Assembly: GCA_948466345.1 (NCBI GenBank)
Contig: CAOKAC010000009.1
Coordinates: 1,832-65,831 of the forward strand
DNA from: an uncultured Clostridia bacterium
GTDB taxonomy: Bacteria; Bacillota; Clostridia; Oscillospirales; CAG-272
Direction: 5' to 3'
DNA: 64,000 nucleotides
Part shown: one piece after another, positions 49,251-59,022 of the stretch
Layout of the letters: each line of letters starts with the position of its first letter
How positions within the stretch are numbered: position 1 is the stretch's first letter
Program-made: the position numbers and the translations under genes
Notes under the pieces: generated by a model
What the model was told of the DNA's origin: nothing
The model's input: only the letters and a program-made list of their open reading frames with translations
Database searches by the model: none

Positions 49251-51410
49251 TCAAATAAATGTGGCCTTTAGACCCTCAAAATCCAGAAAATCTTCTACAA
49301 ACTGCTTGCGCAGCAGAGATTGAGGGATAAACTCATTATATTTATTTTGTATCTGTACCTTAGCCGGCAGCGGGAAATTAGCCGGATCCACGTCCCAATG
49401 GAAAATCTCCCCTATAAGGGCCTCCAACTCGGCCGCATCGCCTTTATAATATACTTCTAAGTATATACAGGTTTCCCATGGCATTTTGCTCTGGACACCC
49501 CGAGCCAGCAACGCATAATGGAGCGCAAACAACTGCCGGGTTCCTACCCATGGGAAAATGGCAAATTTTTGTTCCGACAGAGGCGTAACGATTTTGTCCA
49601 GCAAGCCCGCGCCTCTGGCAAGATACCGAATTTCTCCTAACCGTTCTACGCAGCTGTCGCTCAAGTACGGATAACTTTCGTTTTCTTTTAAAACATACCG
49701 GATTTTTTGGACCAAATGCGTATGCAGCTCCGACTTAAAATCCACATCCCAGTCTACAAGGGATACACCCGGTACCCGCTGGACAAACAATACCTTTGCT
49801 TTTACATTCACATCTACCGTTTCCCATGTGATGCCGGCAAGGGAAAAGCGCGTCCCTACAGGATAAATTTTGTCCACTGTGCCAATGGCACGATTTTCGT
49901 CCTTTACCAGATAATACTCCGGAACAATAAAGACCGTATAAAACTGATGATGATTTACCACCTTTTCCCCGGCACGCCCGATAATCAGACCGCCGCGTTC
50001 TGTCTCCTGCAGTTGCTCTATTTCAATAAGATGGTGCAAAAGAATTCTATAATCCTCCTTCGATATATGAGAAAAACTTTCCATAGAGAGCATTGCCTGT
50101 GCCAATGCAGCCGGGGACGTCTCGCCGCTGCTTTTCAAATAACTCATCGTTTGATGGTACAGCAGCGAATACGGATGCAGATGAGGTTCGATTGGCTCAA
50201 TCCACCGTTCTTTTGTATATAGTTCAATGATAGCGATCAGCCGAATAAAGGCCCAATTGATAGGGCCTAGAAAATCCGTCGCTGTAGTCTGTACGTCCTC
50301 TGTAAAGGTAAAAAGCAGCTGCGGAATCTGTCCGCGCCTGCCGCATCGTCCAAGGCGCTGAGCAAAGCTGGAAACATTGATAGGCGCCCCCACCTGCACT
50401 ACCTGATCCAGAGACCCGATATCCATTCCCAACTCCAACGTCACCGTAGCACCTGTAACGATTTTCTCCTCTGAGGACTTCATTTCATCCTCCGTTTGCT
50501 CCCGAAGCATAGCAGACACATTTCCATGATGCACCCGGTACACATCCGGCGCCTTATTTTTAGCGGCAATCTGACGCAAATTTGCCACTACAAATTCTGT
50601 TTCCTCTCTGGAGTTGGTAAAGATAATCGTTTTTTTATCCAGAGTCATCCGAAACAAATATTCAAAATGCTCCCGGTCTCCCGCATCTCCTATCTCGCTG
50701 GTTGTCTCTCCCTGCCGGACAAAACGGTTGACAAAGAGACGAATGCTCCGCTTTTCTGTCTCGCTCACCGGAGCGATGCAGTCACGGCCGCTTCCTGTAT
50801 TCAGCCACTTTTTTGCAAGGGTCAAGTCACCTAACGTAGCACTTAGACCAATTCTTCTGGGAATATTTCCTGTAATCCGCTGCAGCCGTTCCAGCAGACA
50901 CAGCACCTGTACGCCTCGGCAGTCCCGCATAAAATGGTGTACCTCATCAATGATTACATATCGAAGGTCGGAAAATAGCTTTAAACAAGATCCTCGTTTG
51001 TTTATCAGGAGACTCTCCAGAGATTCCGGCGTAATCTGTAAAATTCCCGCAGGGTGCTTCACAAGCGAATTTTTCTTTGCCTGGGAAGCATCTCCATGCC
51101 ATTTGCACACAGGAATATCCGATTCCAAAATAAGCTGCTCCAATCGTTTAAACTGGTCGTTGATCAAAGCCTTTAGGGGACTGATGTAGAGTACTCCTAC
51201 TGAAGCAGACGGACAATTGTACAATTCTGTCAGTACCGGCAGAAAAGCCGCTTCTGTCTTCCCTGATGCTGTACCGGAGGAAAGCAACAAATTAGCATCT
51301 GTATCAAAAATCACATCGCAGGCGGCTACCTGGATTCCACGTAGTTCTTTCCAATGGTTGTTATAAATGTAATCCTGTATAAACGGCGCAAGCCGTGCAA
51401 ATGCATCCAT
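49251..51410 (-). CDS. sngC: Lhr-like DEAD/DEAH helicase (Shango SngC-like)
   Basis: SGTASGKT, DEVH, SAT, HHG, QRLGRCGRR; third gene of a TerB-ATPase-helicase triad. Confidence 0.8.
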   Translation of the reverse strand: MDAFARLAPFIQDYIYNNHWKELRGIQVAACDVIFDTDANLLLSSGTASGKTEAAFLPVLTELYNCPSASVGVLYISPLKALINDQFKRLEQLILESDIPVCKWHGDASQAKKNSLVKHPAGILQITPESLESLLINKRGSCLKLFSDLRYVIIDEVHHFMRDCRGVQVLCLLERLQRITGNIPRRIGLSATLGDLTLAKKWLNTGSGRDCIAPVSETEKRSIRLFVNRFVRQGETTSEIGDAGDREHFEYLFRMTLDKKTIIFTNSREETEFVVANLRQIAAKNKAPDVYRVHHGNVSAMLREQTEDEMKSSEEKIVTGATVTLELGMDIGSLDQVVQVGAPINVSSFAQRLGRCGRRGQIPQLLFTFTEDVQTTATDFLGPINWAFIRLIAIIELYTKERWIEPIEPHLHPYSLLYHQTMSYLKSSGETSPAALAQAMLSMESFSHISKEDYRILLHHLIEIEQLQETERGGLIIGRAGEKVVNHHQFYTVFIVPEYYLVKDENRAIGTVDKIYPVGTRFSLAGITWETVDVNVKAKVLFVQRVPGVSLVDWDVDFKSELHTHLVQKIRYVLKENESYPYLSDSCVERLGEIRYLARGAGLLDKIVTPLSEQKFAIFPWVGTRQLFALHYALLARGVQSKMPWETCIYLEVYYKGDAAELEALIGEIFHWDVDPANFPLPAKVQIQNKYNEFIPQSLLRKQFVEDFLDFEGLKATFI

Positions 51411-52726
51411 TATATTTCAAACCCCACAAAATCGCTGTGTATCTCTTCATCTGACAGACCGCCCTTGGCCAGCGCAAAGCTGTTGCCGCCCAAAATTTCG
51501 GCAATGGTTTTATCTGGGTTTTGATGCAGAATATTGACCAGTTCTACAAAGTCGCGGATAATCTCTCTAGGCGTAATATGGGTGTCGGCACCCACACGGT
51601 TATATTCCACATTCAAAAAGTAGAGAAGATCTTCATGGGTCAGCGCCGGTGCATAATCATACAAGCCAGCATGTATATCTCGTAGCTTTTCCACTAAAAC
51701 ATACATTTCTTCCTGAGTGAGCATGGAAAGACGGATAATGGGTGCGGATAAATCCCGCATATCCTCCGATGCAAAGTGTCCCTCAGACAAACGGGAACGC
51801 AGCGCTTCATAACTGAAAATCCCCTTGTACCGATCCTCTACACACTGGGGTGTGCAGCCCATCAAAAAGCCAATATGCCTGGCTTTTCCCTGAAGCGTAT
51901 CGTTATACATGGTCAGCATTTTTTCATAGTTATTTTGCCGGGTAATAGAATTGGGAATTTTAAAAATATTGACCAGTTCATCTACCATTACAAGAATTCC
52001 TGCATATCCTGCCCGCACCATAAATGCGGCAAATACCTTTAAAAAGTCATACCAAGTCTCATCAGTAACGATATAATTAATAGCCAATTCTTCTCTGGCT
52101 TCCTTTTTGGAAGTATACTCTCCGCGAAACCACTTAAGCACATTGGATTTAGCAACGACATCGTCTGCCTTGTATGCCCGCCAGTAAGCGGCCACTGCCT
52201 TAGCAAATTCAAAGCCGCTGACCATACCTTCAAGTTCTCCCGTCACCCCATAGATTCGCTTTTCTACCAAGCTGTCAAAGGCAGGATCATTGGTATCGCA
52301 TTCCATAGCAACCTGTGTCTGAATCCCGGAAATCCATTTTTCCAGAATCAAAGGCAGCGCGCCGCCATCCGGCTTAGACTTAACCGACATGTTACGGATC
52401 AACTCTTTATAGGTAGCCAATCCCTGCCCTTTTGTACCGGCAAACCGACGTTCTGGCGAAAGGTCCGCATCTACCACCACAAAGCCCCGCGCCGTAGCAT
52501 AATTGCGAATGGTCTGCAAAAGAAAGCTTTTGCCGCTGCCGTATTTTCCAACAATAAAACGGAAGGTCGCGCCCCCATCTGCAATTATATCAATATCGTG
52601 CAAAATCGCATCGATTTCTCGTGCACGGCCTACGGTAATATATTCTAATCCAACTCTAGGCACAACGCCCCCTTTCAGGGCATTTATAATTGTACTTGCA
52701 ATTCGTTTCGGTACCCGCGTCTCCAT
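51410..52726 (-). CDS. sngB: DUF2791/BrxD-like P-loop ATPase (Shango SngB-like)
   Basis: ALKGGVVPRVGL, GKYGSGKS, LSPERR, MVDE; start overlaps the upstream stop. Confidence 0.82.
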   Translation of the reverse strand: METRVPKRIASTIINALKGGVVPRVGLEYITVGRAREIDAILHDIDIIADGGATFRFIVGKYGSGKSFLLQTIRNYATARGFVVVDADLSPERRFAGTKGQGLATYKELIRNMSVKSKPDGGALPLILEKWISGIQTQVAMECDTNDPAFDSLVEKRIYGVTGELEGMVSGFEFAKAVAAYWRAYKADDVVAKSNVLKWFRGEYTSKKEAREELAINYIVTDETWYDFLKVFAAFMVRAGYAGILVMVDELVNIFKIPNSITRQNNYEKMLTMYNDTLQGKARHIGFLMGCTPQCVEDRYKGIFSYEALRSRLSEGHFASEDMRDLSAPIIRLSMLTQEEMYVLVEKLRDIHAGLYDYAPALTHEDLLYFLNVEYNRVGADTHITPREIIRDFVELVNILHQNPDKTIAEILGGNSFALAKGGLSDEEIHSDFVGFEI

Positions 52727-54345
52727 CAGTTTTCCACCACTTCCATCAGTTTTTCTTTATGTTCATCATATACAATCACTGTGTCGTCTATCTCCAGAAT
52801 CGTATCTCCTATAATATCCATGGCCTTTCCGTTGATCCCGTCCAGCAAAACCTCCAGCATAATTTTGCTGTCTCTGGCTACATCCTTCACGCATTTCCCT
52901 TTCAATACAGCCTGCAGTGCCGCCGTCTCCGGCTCTGTCAAGCCGGAAACAAGCTGCCGCCAAGGATTTTCCTCTACCAGCGGTGCAGGTGCTATAATCA
53001 CAGGAGTCTCCACTGCAGCAATTTCTTCCTCTTCCTCTGGAACAATCAGCTTGTCCTGAGTTTCCAACGCCTCCCGACGGATACGGCTGACTGCAGCCGT
53101 ATCTACACGCACCTCTGTTCGGTTCCGGAGTGCCAGAAAGGCTCGCACTCCCTCTGTGATCTTCTCTGGTAAGGAAATTCCCACGCTTTGCAGCCGTTTC
53201 AATATTTTAGGGCTGCACATATCTGGAGAGCTACGAAGCTTGTACCGAAAATGCAGCGCAGTACGCAAGGCAGCCTCCATTTCTTTTATAATATATCCGA
53301 CTAGGCATTTTCCCTCATCCTTCAGCAATACTGAACGGTATGTCCACCGATTCTTTGTACAAATGTACGTCTCCCGCGGGGACAGTTCCACGGCACGATC
53401 TTCCTGTTCCAGATATGGATAAAACAAAGCGCCTGCAAAAGGTTTCCAATCTGAATCCTTATGCATAGAATAAAATATAAAGTCCTCAAAAATTTTCTTT
53501 TTTTCTCTGCACAGCTTTCGCAAATAGGAAAGAAGAAAATAAAAGCAGTCATGGATCAGCGATTTGGTTTCATCTGTATAAAAAATAGATTTGCGAATAT
53601 CATATTTGGATAAGTCCGCATACACGTCCAAGCTATCTTCTTTTTCAGATGTATAAGCAAACACCTTTGGATAATATTTTTTCAAATTCTGCTGTGCTGC
53701 AAATGCGGCAAAAGTCTGTTCCATTGGATAATATACGTAAAAATCCTTGATCCATTGAAGTACATATTTATCAATGGTTTTATCTATCTTCCGATATACA
53801 CGCCAAAAATCCAAAAGCTTCTGCATGCTCTCCTCAGGGGATGTTGATCCGATGCAGGCCAGCAGTTCGTATATATACACAAAAGCATAAGAAACCGACG
53901 TACCTTGTATATCTCCCACACGCACCCGTGTACGCCAAGTGAAATATGTGCGAAGCTGTCCGTACCCCATCAGCTGATAATATGGAAAATAAAAGGAGAA
54001 CGGCGCCGCTCCGGGGTAATCGTCTGTGAATTGCTCCATCATCCGGGCTTGCTCATAGAAAACTTTTGAAGGGTTACCTAGGTAGGACAGATCCCGGCGG
54101 GCAATTTGCCGCATTTCATAAAACAGCGTTCGTTTTTTATCTGGAGCAGCCTGTATTTTCTGACACGACGGAAACGCTTTCACACCAGACATTCCTCGGT
54201 CCTCCAGCAAAATCTCTGCAAATTTTATCTCCCAAGGAGATTTTTCTTCCGACATTGGCGTCTGTTCTTTTGTTTCGGAGTTTATCGCCTTCAGCTCTTC
54301 TCTGCTGGGGATAGGCTGGGGCTCGTAATTTCTTCTTTCGTCCAT
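52726..54345 (-). CDS. sngA: TerB N-/C-terminal domain protein (Shango SngA-like)
   Basis: YFPYY..M...QLRTYFTWR, YAFVYIYELL; C-terminal DGINGKAMDIIGDTILE. Confidence 0.78.
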   Translation of the reverse strand: MDERRNYEPQPIPSREELKAINSETKEQTPMSEEKSPWEIKFAEILLEDRGMSGVKAFPSCQKIQAAPDKKRTLFYEMRQIARRDLSYLGNPSKVFYEQARMMEQFTDDYPGAAPFSFYFPYYQLMGYGQLRTYFTWRTRVRVGDIQGTSVSYAFVYIYELLACIGSTSPEESMQKLLDFWRVYRKIDKTIDKYVLQWIKDFYVYYPMEQTFAAFAAQQNLKKYYPKVFAYTSEKEDSLDVYADLSKYDIRKSIFYTDETKSLIHDCFYFLLSYLRKLCREKKKIFEDFIFYSMHKDSDWKPFAGALFYPYLEQEDRAVELSPRETYICTKNRWTYRSVLLKDEGKCLVGYIIKEMEAALRTALHFRYKLRSSPDMCSPKILKRLQSVGISLPEKITEGVRAFLALRNRTEVRVDTAAVSRIRREALETQDKLIVPEEEEEIAAVETPVIIAPAPLVEENPWRQLVSGLTEPETAALQAVLKGKCVKDVARDSKIMLEVLLDGINGKAMDIIGDTILEIDDTVIVYDEHKEKLMEVVEN

Positions 54346-54384
54346 GACAGAACCCTTTCAAAAAGCTCCAATAAATATGTATTT

Positions 54385-54413
54385 ATTGTACCACAGGATT
54401 ACAAAAAGCGCAA
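54385..54413 (-). promoter_or_regulatory. SigA-type promoter of the defence triad
   Basis: TTGCGC-17 nt-TACAAT with extended TG. Confidence 0.6.
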
Positions 54414-54466
54414 TCAAAATGTAGACAAAATCCCAATTGAAAAAATATTACTCTGCATTTATACCC

Positions 54467-54503
54467 AAGCAAAAAAGAAGGCAATATGCCTTCTTTTTTG
54501 CTT
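54467..54503. terminator. Strong terminator closing the tail module
   Basis: 17-bp perfect inverted repeat AAGCAAAAAAGAAGGCA-ATA-TGCCTTCTTTTTTGCTT. Confidence 0.85.
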
Positions 54504-54510
54504 TTCCAGG

Positions 54511-54774
54511 TTAAACACACTGTCCGTGTGTGTCCTCTAGCTTGATAATGCGCATATTCTGCATTTGCATGGCATCTTTCAGATCAGCAATATTTTTGTG
54601 AAACGCTTCATGCTCCTGCTTATTCTGACTGGTCAGATTCGTCAGAGTGCAATTCAAGTTTTCCACAGAGTAATTAAGCTTTGTCAGGGTTCTGGAAAGT
54701 TCATAAATAACCTTTCCGATAGCTATGCCTGCAGTTGCCAGAGACAAAAAGCCTACAACAATATCCCAAGTCAT
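54511..54774 (-). CDS. Small TM + coiled-coil protein (phage lysis-region type)
   Basis: MTWDIVVGFLSL.. TM then heptads; ATGA overlap with the upstream gene. Confidence 0.6.
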   Translation of the reverse strand: MTWDIVVGFLSLATAGIAIGKVIYELSRTLTKLNYSVENLNCTLTNLTSQNKQEHEAFHKNIADLKDAMQMQNMRIIKLEDTHGQCV

Positions 54775-55367
54775 TGCGGCACCTCGTTCCAGCCATGTAT
54801 GCCAGGCTCCCATACATTGTTATCCACATCCGAAATCCAGTGCTTGTCCAAATGACATACCTTATCTCCCAACATATACACATCGTGTGCACCCACAGGC
54901 TGTGCCCATGTCGGCCACTCTTCTCCACAGTCACCTACACATGTCCAAAGTGACGCAGAGATCTCCGGCGTCCAGTCAAGCTGAGATGTGTGCTCTTGAA
55001 TACAGCGATACAGACTCTGCCCAAAGGCACAGATATCGCCTTTTTTATAGTGTACAGAGTGATTCCAATCTGCAAATAATTCTGCGTGCTCCATCACAGC
55101 AACATCATCCAAAATCTGTGCCTGTGCAAGAGCCACGAAGGTAAGAAACGCCGTATTCATCAGTTTCTTTGTATCCTCCTGCCAAATCAGCATTACTGTG
55201 GGGCGATCAATTTGAGGACGGCCATCCACATGATAAATCTCTCCGTCCAAAATAACGCCTTGACCCTCACTTTCATCGCAGCATACAAACACACCGTTAT
55301 CCTGCAGCTTTACCCACTGGAGCCGCTGCGCCATCTTTTCTTTTCCATCTATCCATGTATGATACAT
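54771..55367 (-). CDS. Phage tail-associated protein with CBM5/12-like repeats
   Basis: YKKGD....LYRCIQEHTSQ.DWTP...SLW and WAQPVGAHD.Y..GDKV...WIS....NVWEPG. Confidence 0.7.
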   Translation of the reverse strand: MYHTWIDGKEKMAQRLQWVKLQDNGVFVCCDESEGQGVILDGEIYHVDGRPQIDRPTVMLIWQEDTKKLMNTAFLTFVALAQAQILDDVAVMEHAELFADWNHSVHYKKGDICAFGQSLYRCIQEHTSQLDWTPEISASLWTCVGDCGEEWPTWAQPVGAHDVYMLGDKVCHLDKHWISDVDNNVWEPGIHGWNEVPQ

Positions 55368-55390
55368 AACTTTTTTCTCCTTTTCTTAAT

Positions 55391-57403
55391 TTAAACGCAA
55401 AATCCAAAACATACGCCATGATATCCAGACGCTCTGAACGTATTAGCATCGCCGTATGAACTAATATATACAAAATTGGAAGAATTTCCAGTCTGAGGAG
55501 AACGGGTCCACCAATGGCTGGGACATTCCGCCCCATTAGACAAGAATTTTTTGCGGCTGTTGTTGTCCGTGAAAATTGGATACTTGTATCCTTCTCCAGG
55601 AACAGAAAGTGAAACACTACCCATACACTCCAGCTGGGAAAACAGAAACAAGGATACAACGTCCGTGCGCATTGTATGGCTTGCAGCGCCAGACGAAGTT
55701 TGCTTTTTTACCGGTTTGATAACAGCACGCAGGTCGGCAGGCAGCATATTCCATAAACCCTGTTTCATCCAGTTGTATAGGTTCGCTCCTGTAAATCCTC
55801 CTTCGTTCGTATCAGACGTATTCATCTGACGATAACTGCTCATAAGATTTTTCAGTCCAAAGGTAATACCAGCTTTTCCCGTTCCGCTTGCCAAATCGTC
55901 ATGGCGAAAATCGTAAATCTGCAGGGTAAGAATTTGACCGTCACTACAAGTGATATTTATTGTGTCTCCCACACTCCAATATTTAGACGCTATACCATTG
56001 GAAGATGCCTGCGCAATCTCTGACCAGCTGTTAAGAGACAAAATATTGAAATATCCCCGATATTGCCCATTTGTTTCCGTTGGTGTAAAGGTCTTTGTAT
56101 AACCATCACAGGTTACAGTATAAGTCTGTCCTGTTGTTACGATACCAACAGTAACCTCTGCCTCCTGTGGTACTACATTGGAGTATCCACTAAATCCTCT
56201 GCCTGTTATCGTAAAGGCTTTTCCGACAAAACGTGTACTAAAAGACAAAACAAACAGGGTGCTTTCTTTTTTGGGAACAGGGTTGAGCAACTGCCATGCA
56301 GATCCGTCAAATATAAATAAAGCCCGCGCCTGTCCTGGAATCAAGTCCTGGTTCCAATAAATGCTGTTATTATATTGAATCGGATATGTTCCCGAATTAT
56401 TGATGTTCAAATATAATCTCTCATCTATGCTGTCTGTTGCTGCATTTCGAAAATATACCGTCACCATGACTCCAGTTCTTAGAGTGAACCCACTGCCCAC
56501 ATTTACCGTTTTGGTATAAGTAGAAGTAGAAGTAGTACAGGTACCGTAAAAAGTATTTTGACTTCCTGTATGTGCTTCCAGCGCCTGCTTTACCAACGCG
56601 CTTGACGGCGGCAGACTGCCGTTCTGGGCAATATTCGTATTGTTGATAAGTGCACGTGTCTGAAGCGTATAACTGTTTGTTAATGGTATATATTGTACTA
56701 CATACTCCGTTTCTGCTCCGCCATTAAAAACATATTTATAGCCCTCCTCACATTTTTCCTCTCTGCGAACCAACGTATACACTTTCTCTCCGCTTTTCAA
56801 AATCACATTCGGCTCTCCCGATGCCTGATGGAGCGCCCGCAAAGCTGTTATATTGGACGACTGATTTGTCACAAACTGCAGAACTGTAGCAGATTTTGCG
56901 TTGCTGTTCCAAAGCGTCCGCTCTGCTGCGGTAATATGTACATCTTTGCTTTCTGTATGTGCTTCCAGTGTTTGCTTCACCAATGTGCTGGACGGCGGCA
57001 GACTGCCGTTCTGGGCAATATTCGTATTGTTGACCAGCGCACGTGTCCGAATCGTATAGCTGTTTGTTGACGGTGTATATCGTACTATATACTCCGTTTC
57101 TGCTCCGCCATCAAAAACATAATCGTAGCCTGCATCAGCCTTTGTTTCCCTGCGAACCAACGTATACACTTTCTCTCCGCTTTTCAAAATCACATTCGGC
57201 TCATCTGACGCTTGATGGAGCTCTCTCAAAGCCGTTATATTGGACGACTGATTTGTCACAAACTGCAGAACTGTGGCGGGATCTGCCTTACTATTCCAAT
57301 TTGTTCGTTCTGCATCCCCTACCAGCGCGCTTATTCCTCTTGTATCCAACTGCAAAATCGCCCGCGCTCCATCTTGGGACAATTCTTTCACTTTTATAGC
57401 CAT
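55391..57403 (-). CDS. Tail fibre/receptor-binding protein with C-terminal DUF6273-like domain
   Basis: HITAAERTLWN, FYGTCTT..TKTV; SWSEI...WSVGD, HDDL, LFLFS..E, WWTRSP...GVCFGFCV. Confidence 0.72.
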   Translation of the reverse strand: MAIKVKELSQDGARAILQLDTRGISALVGDAERTNWNSKADPATVLQFVTNQSSNITALRELHQASDEPNVILKSGEKVYTLVRRETKADAGYDYVFDGGAETEYIVRYTPSTNSYTIRTRALVNNTNIAQNGSLPPSSTLVKQTLEAHTESKDVHITAAERTLWNSNAKSATVLQFVTNQSSNITALRALHQASGEPNVILKSGEKVYTLVRREEKCEEGYKYVFNGGAETEYVVQYIPLTNSYTLQTRALINNTNIAQNGSLPPSSALVKQALEAHTGSQNTFYGTCTTSTSTYTKTVNVGSGFTLRTGVMVTVYFRNAATDSIDERLYLNINNSGTYPIQYNNSIYWNQDLIPGQARALFIFDGSAWQLLNPVPKKESTLFVLSFSTRFVGKAFTITGRGFSGYSNVVPQEAEVTVGIVTTGQTYTVTCDGYTKTFTPTETNGQYRGYFNILSLNSWSEIAQASSNGIASKYWSVGDTINITCSDGQILTLQIYDFRHDDLASGTGKAGITFGLKNLMSSYRQMNTSDTNEGGFTGANLYNWMKQGLWNMLPADLRAVIKPVKKQTSSGAASHTMRTDVVSLFLFSQLECMGSVSLSVPGEGYKYPIFTDNNSRKKFLSNGAECPSHWWTRSPQTGNSSNFVYISSYGDANTFRASGYHGVCFGFCV
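56567..57314. repeat. Two direct repeats of about 360 bp (387-bp period) inside the fibre gene
   Basis: GACGGCGGCAGACTGCCGTTCTGGGCAATATTCGTATTGTTGA at 56604 and 56991; a 129-aa period in the protein. Confidence 0.92.
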
Positions 57404-59016
57404 TTTGTTTCTCCTCTCCTTTTTATACATAAATGCTGTAATTCATTATTAACACGTATCGCCAAAGGTTCTCCTGCAAGAGCCAAAGTCCAAAAATCGT
57501 ACTCACCCTCATCAATAAACGACTTCATAGCCGCGCAAAACTGAATCCATCGATTGATGTCCTCACGTAACGGAGTAGTTTCATGAAATTCCTTATGCTC
57601 TACATAGTACGGATTGATCCAGTCCATTATTTGGTTGATTTTGTCAATGTTACGCTCCAAGGCATTAATTTTTATCTTAAGTTCCCGTATATTGGTACTA
57701 TACCCTCTAGAAAAATCAATATCCTCCAATGGTTCCAGACTTTCTTCTCCAAAAACCTCTGCAAAGCGATTCCATACGTAGCAAAGATTGGTTTGAACTG
57801 CGGCGGGAATCCGATAATCCCATCGGCATCCCTGGGGCAAAGAAAACATCTCATTCCACGCCGATGTTCCCTCTTCTTCTACCTGTACTTTACAAATATA
57901 ATTTGTAGTTTCAGACGCCCCATATGAATGAATTATAATGGTCGCTTGCCCAACACCGACTCCAGTCACCACGCCATCGTCCGTTACCTCAGCTACCTCC
58001 GTATTGTGGCTTTTAAAGACTAGGCTTTTGTGGCTGGCCGTTTCCGGATATACAGAATAAATAATATTGCTTGTTCCATTTACAGGAAGATATATTTGCG
58101 GGTTGATGACGTATACACATTTTATATCTTCTTCTACATTTATGATTACAAATGTCTCTGCTCCGCCGCCGTCTGCCGCACAAATATTGATACGGCATGT
58201 TCCTGCGGAACAGGCACGCACCATTCCACTTCGTGAAACAGTAGCTACCTTGGGGTTGCTGCTGGTATACGATACTTCATGAATGCTGGCCGTTTCCGGA
58301 AATATCTGCACACGCAGCTGTGTCGTCGAGCCTTTCTGCAAAGGACTGTCTCCCCACGCCGAAATAGACTTTACATATATCGGCTTTGTTGTAAAAATTT
58401 CTGTCACTGTGCGGGTGGCAATACCGTTTGCGGCTATCGCCCGAAATGTTGCTGCATACTGCGTATTGGGCTGCAAATCTTGAAAAGTTGCAACCCCTTC
58501 TTTGACCCTTTTTTCTATATTGTTTACGGTAAATATATATTCCTGGATCCCAAGGGCATGGCTGGCTTCCATAGTAAGAGTTACTGTGTTCTGATCCACT
58601 TCTGCCACTTGCCTGTGCTCCAATACAGGCGGGATCTGGGGAACCGGGTCCAAAATTACCTCCCCTTCCGCTTTCATTGTATTTTCTCCCACACGCCATA
58701 CGGCAGACAGCTTTACCGTTCTTGTACCATCAAGACCGTGCGGAATTCCCTTCCATTCCCATCGGGTCAAATATTTGTTCTTGGTACCAGAGTTACCGCC
58801 CAAGTTGTCCGAAAAAGCCGGGGTCTTTACCGTATGTGGCTCACCAAACTCCGCAAGGTCTACTGTTATTTCTCCCGCAAACACTGCCATAGTTAAGCTG
58901 TATCGATAATATACTGTCAGCGCCACATCACTGGTGTTTTTCTCATTGTTGACCTCCGAATCCCATACACAATATAAATGGGAATGACCTATTCCTTCAA
59001 AATATCCACTTGCCAT
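57394..59016 (-). CDS. Phage structural protein with FN3 and two Ig-like (Big_2) domains
   Basis: MASG..NTSDV siphovirus-type N-terminus; LQPNTQY; YTSSNPKVATVS..G.V and FKSHNTEVAEV..DGVV. Confidence 0.75.
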   Translation of the reverse strand: MASGYFEGIGHSHLYCVWDSEVNNEKNTSDVALTVYYRYSLTMAVFAGEITVDLAEFGEPHTVKTPAFSDNLGGNSGTKNKYLTRWEWKGIPHGLDGTRTVKLSAVWRVGENTMKAEGEVILDPVPQIPPVLEHRQVAEVDQNTVTLTMEASHALGIQEYIFTVNNIEKRVKEGVATFQDLQPNTQYAATFRAIAANGIATRTVTEIFTTKPIYVKSISAWGDSPLQKGSTTQLRVQIFPETASIHEVSYTSSNPKVATVSRSGMVRACSAGTCRINICAADGGGAETFVIINVEEDIKCVYVINPQIYLPVNGTSNIIYSVYPETASHKSLVFKSHNTEVAEVTDDGVVTGVGVGQATIIIHSYGASETTNYICKVQVEEEGTSAWNEMFSLPQGCRWDYRIPAAVQTNLCYVWNRFAEVFGEESLEPLEDIDFSRGYSTNIRELKIKINALERNIDKINQIMDWINPYYVEHKEFHETTPLREDINRWIQFCAAMKSFIDEGEYDFWTLALAGEPLAIRVNNELQHLCIKRRGETKWL

Positions 59017-59022
59017 TGTATC

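Noticed and set aside
49251-54345. Tellurite resistance operon or BREX system
   Set aside because: No other ter genes and no pglZ/pglX/brxC; the three-gene layout fits Shango
56567-57314. Fibre repeats as a DGR template/variable pair
   Set aside because: Mismatches involve all bases rather than only adenines, both copies are in frame in the N-terminal half, and no RT is present
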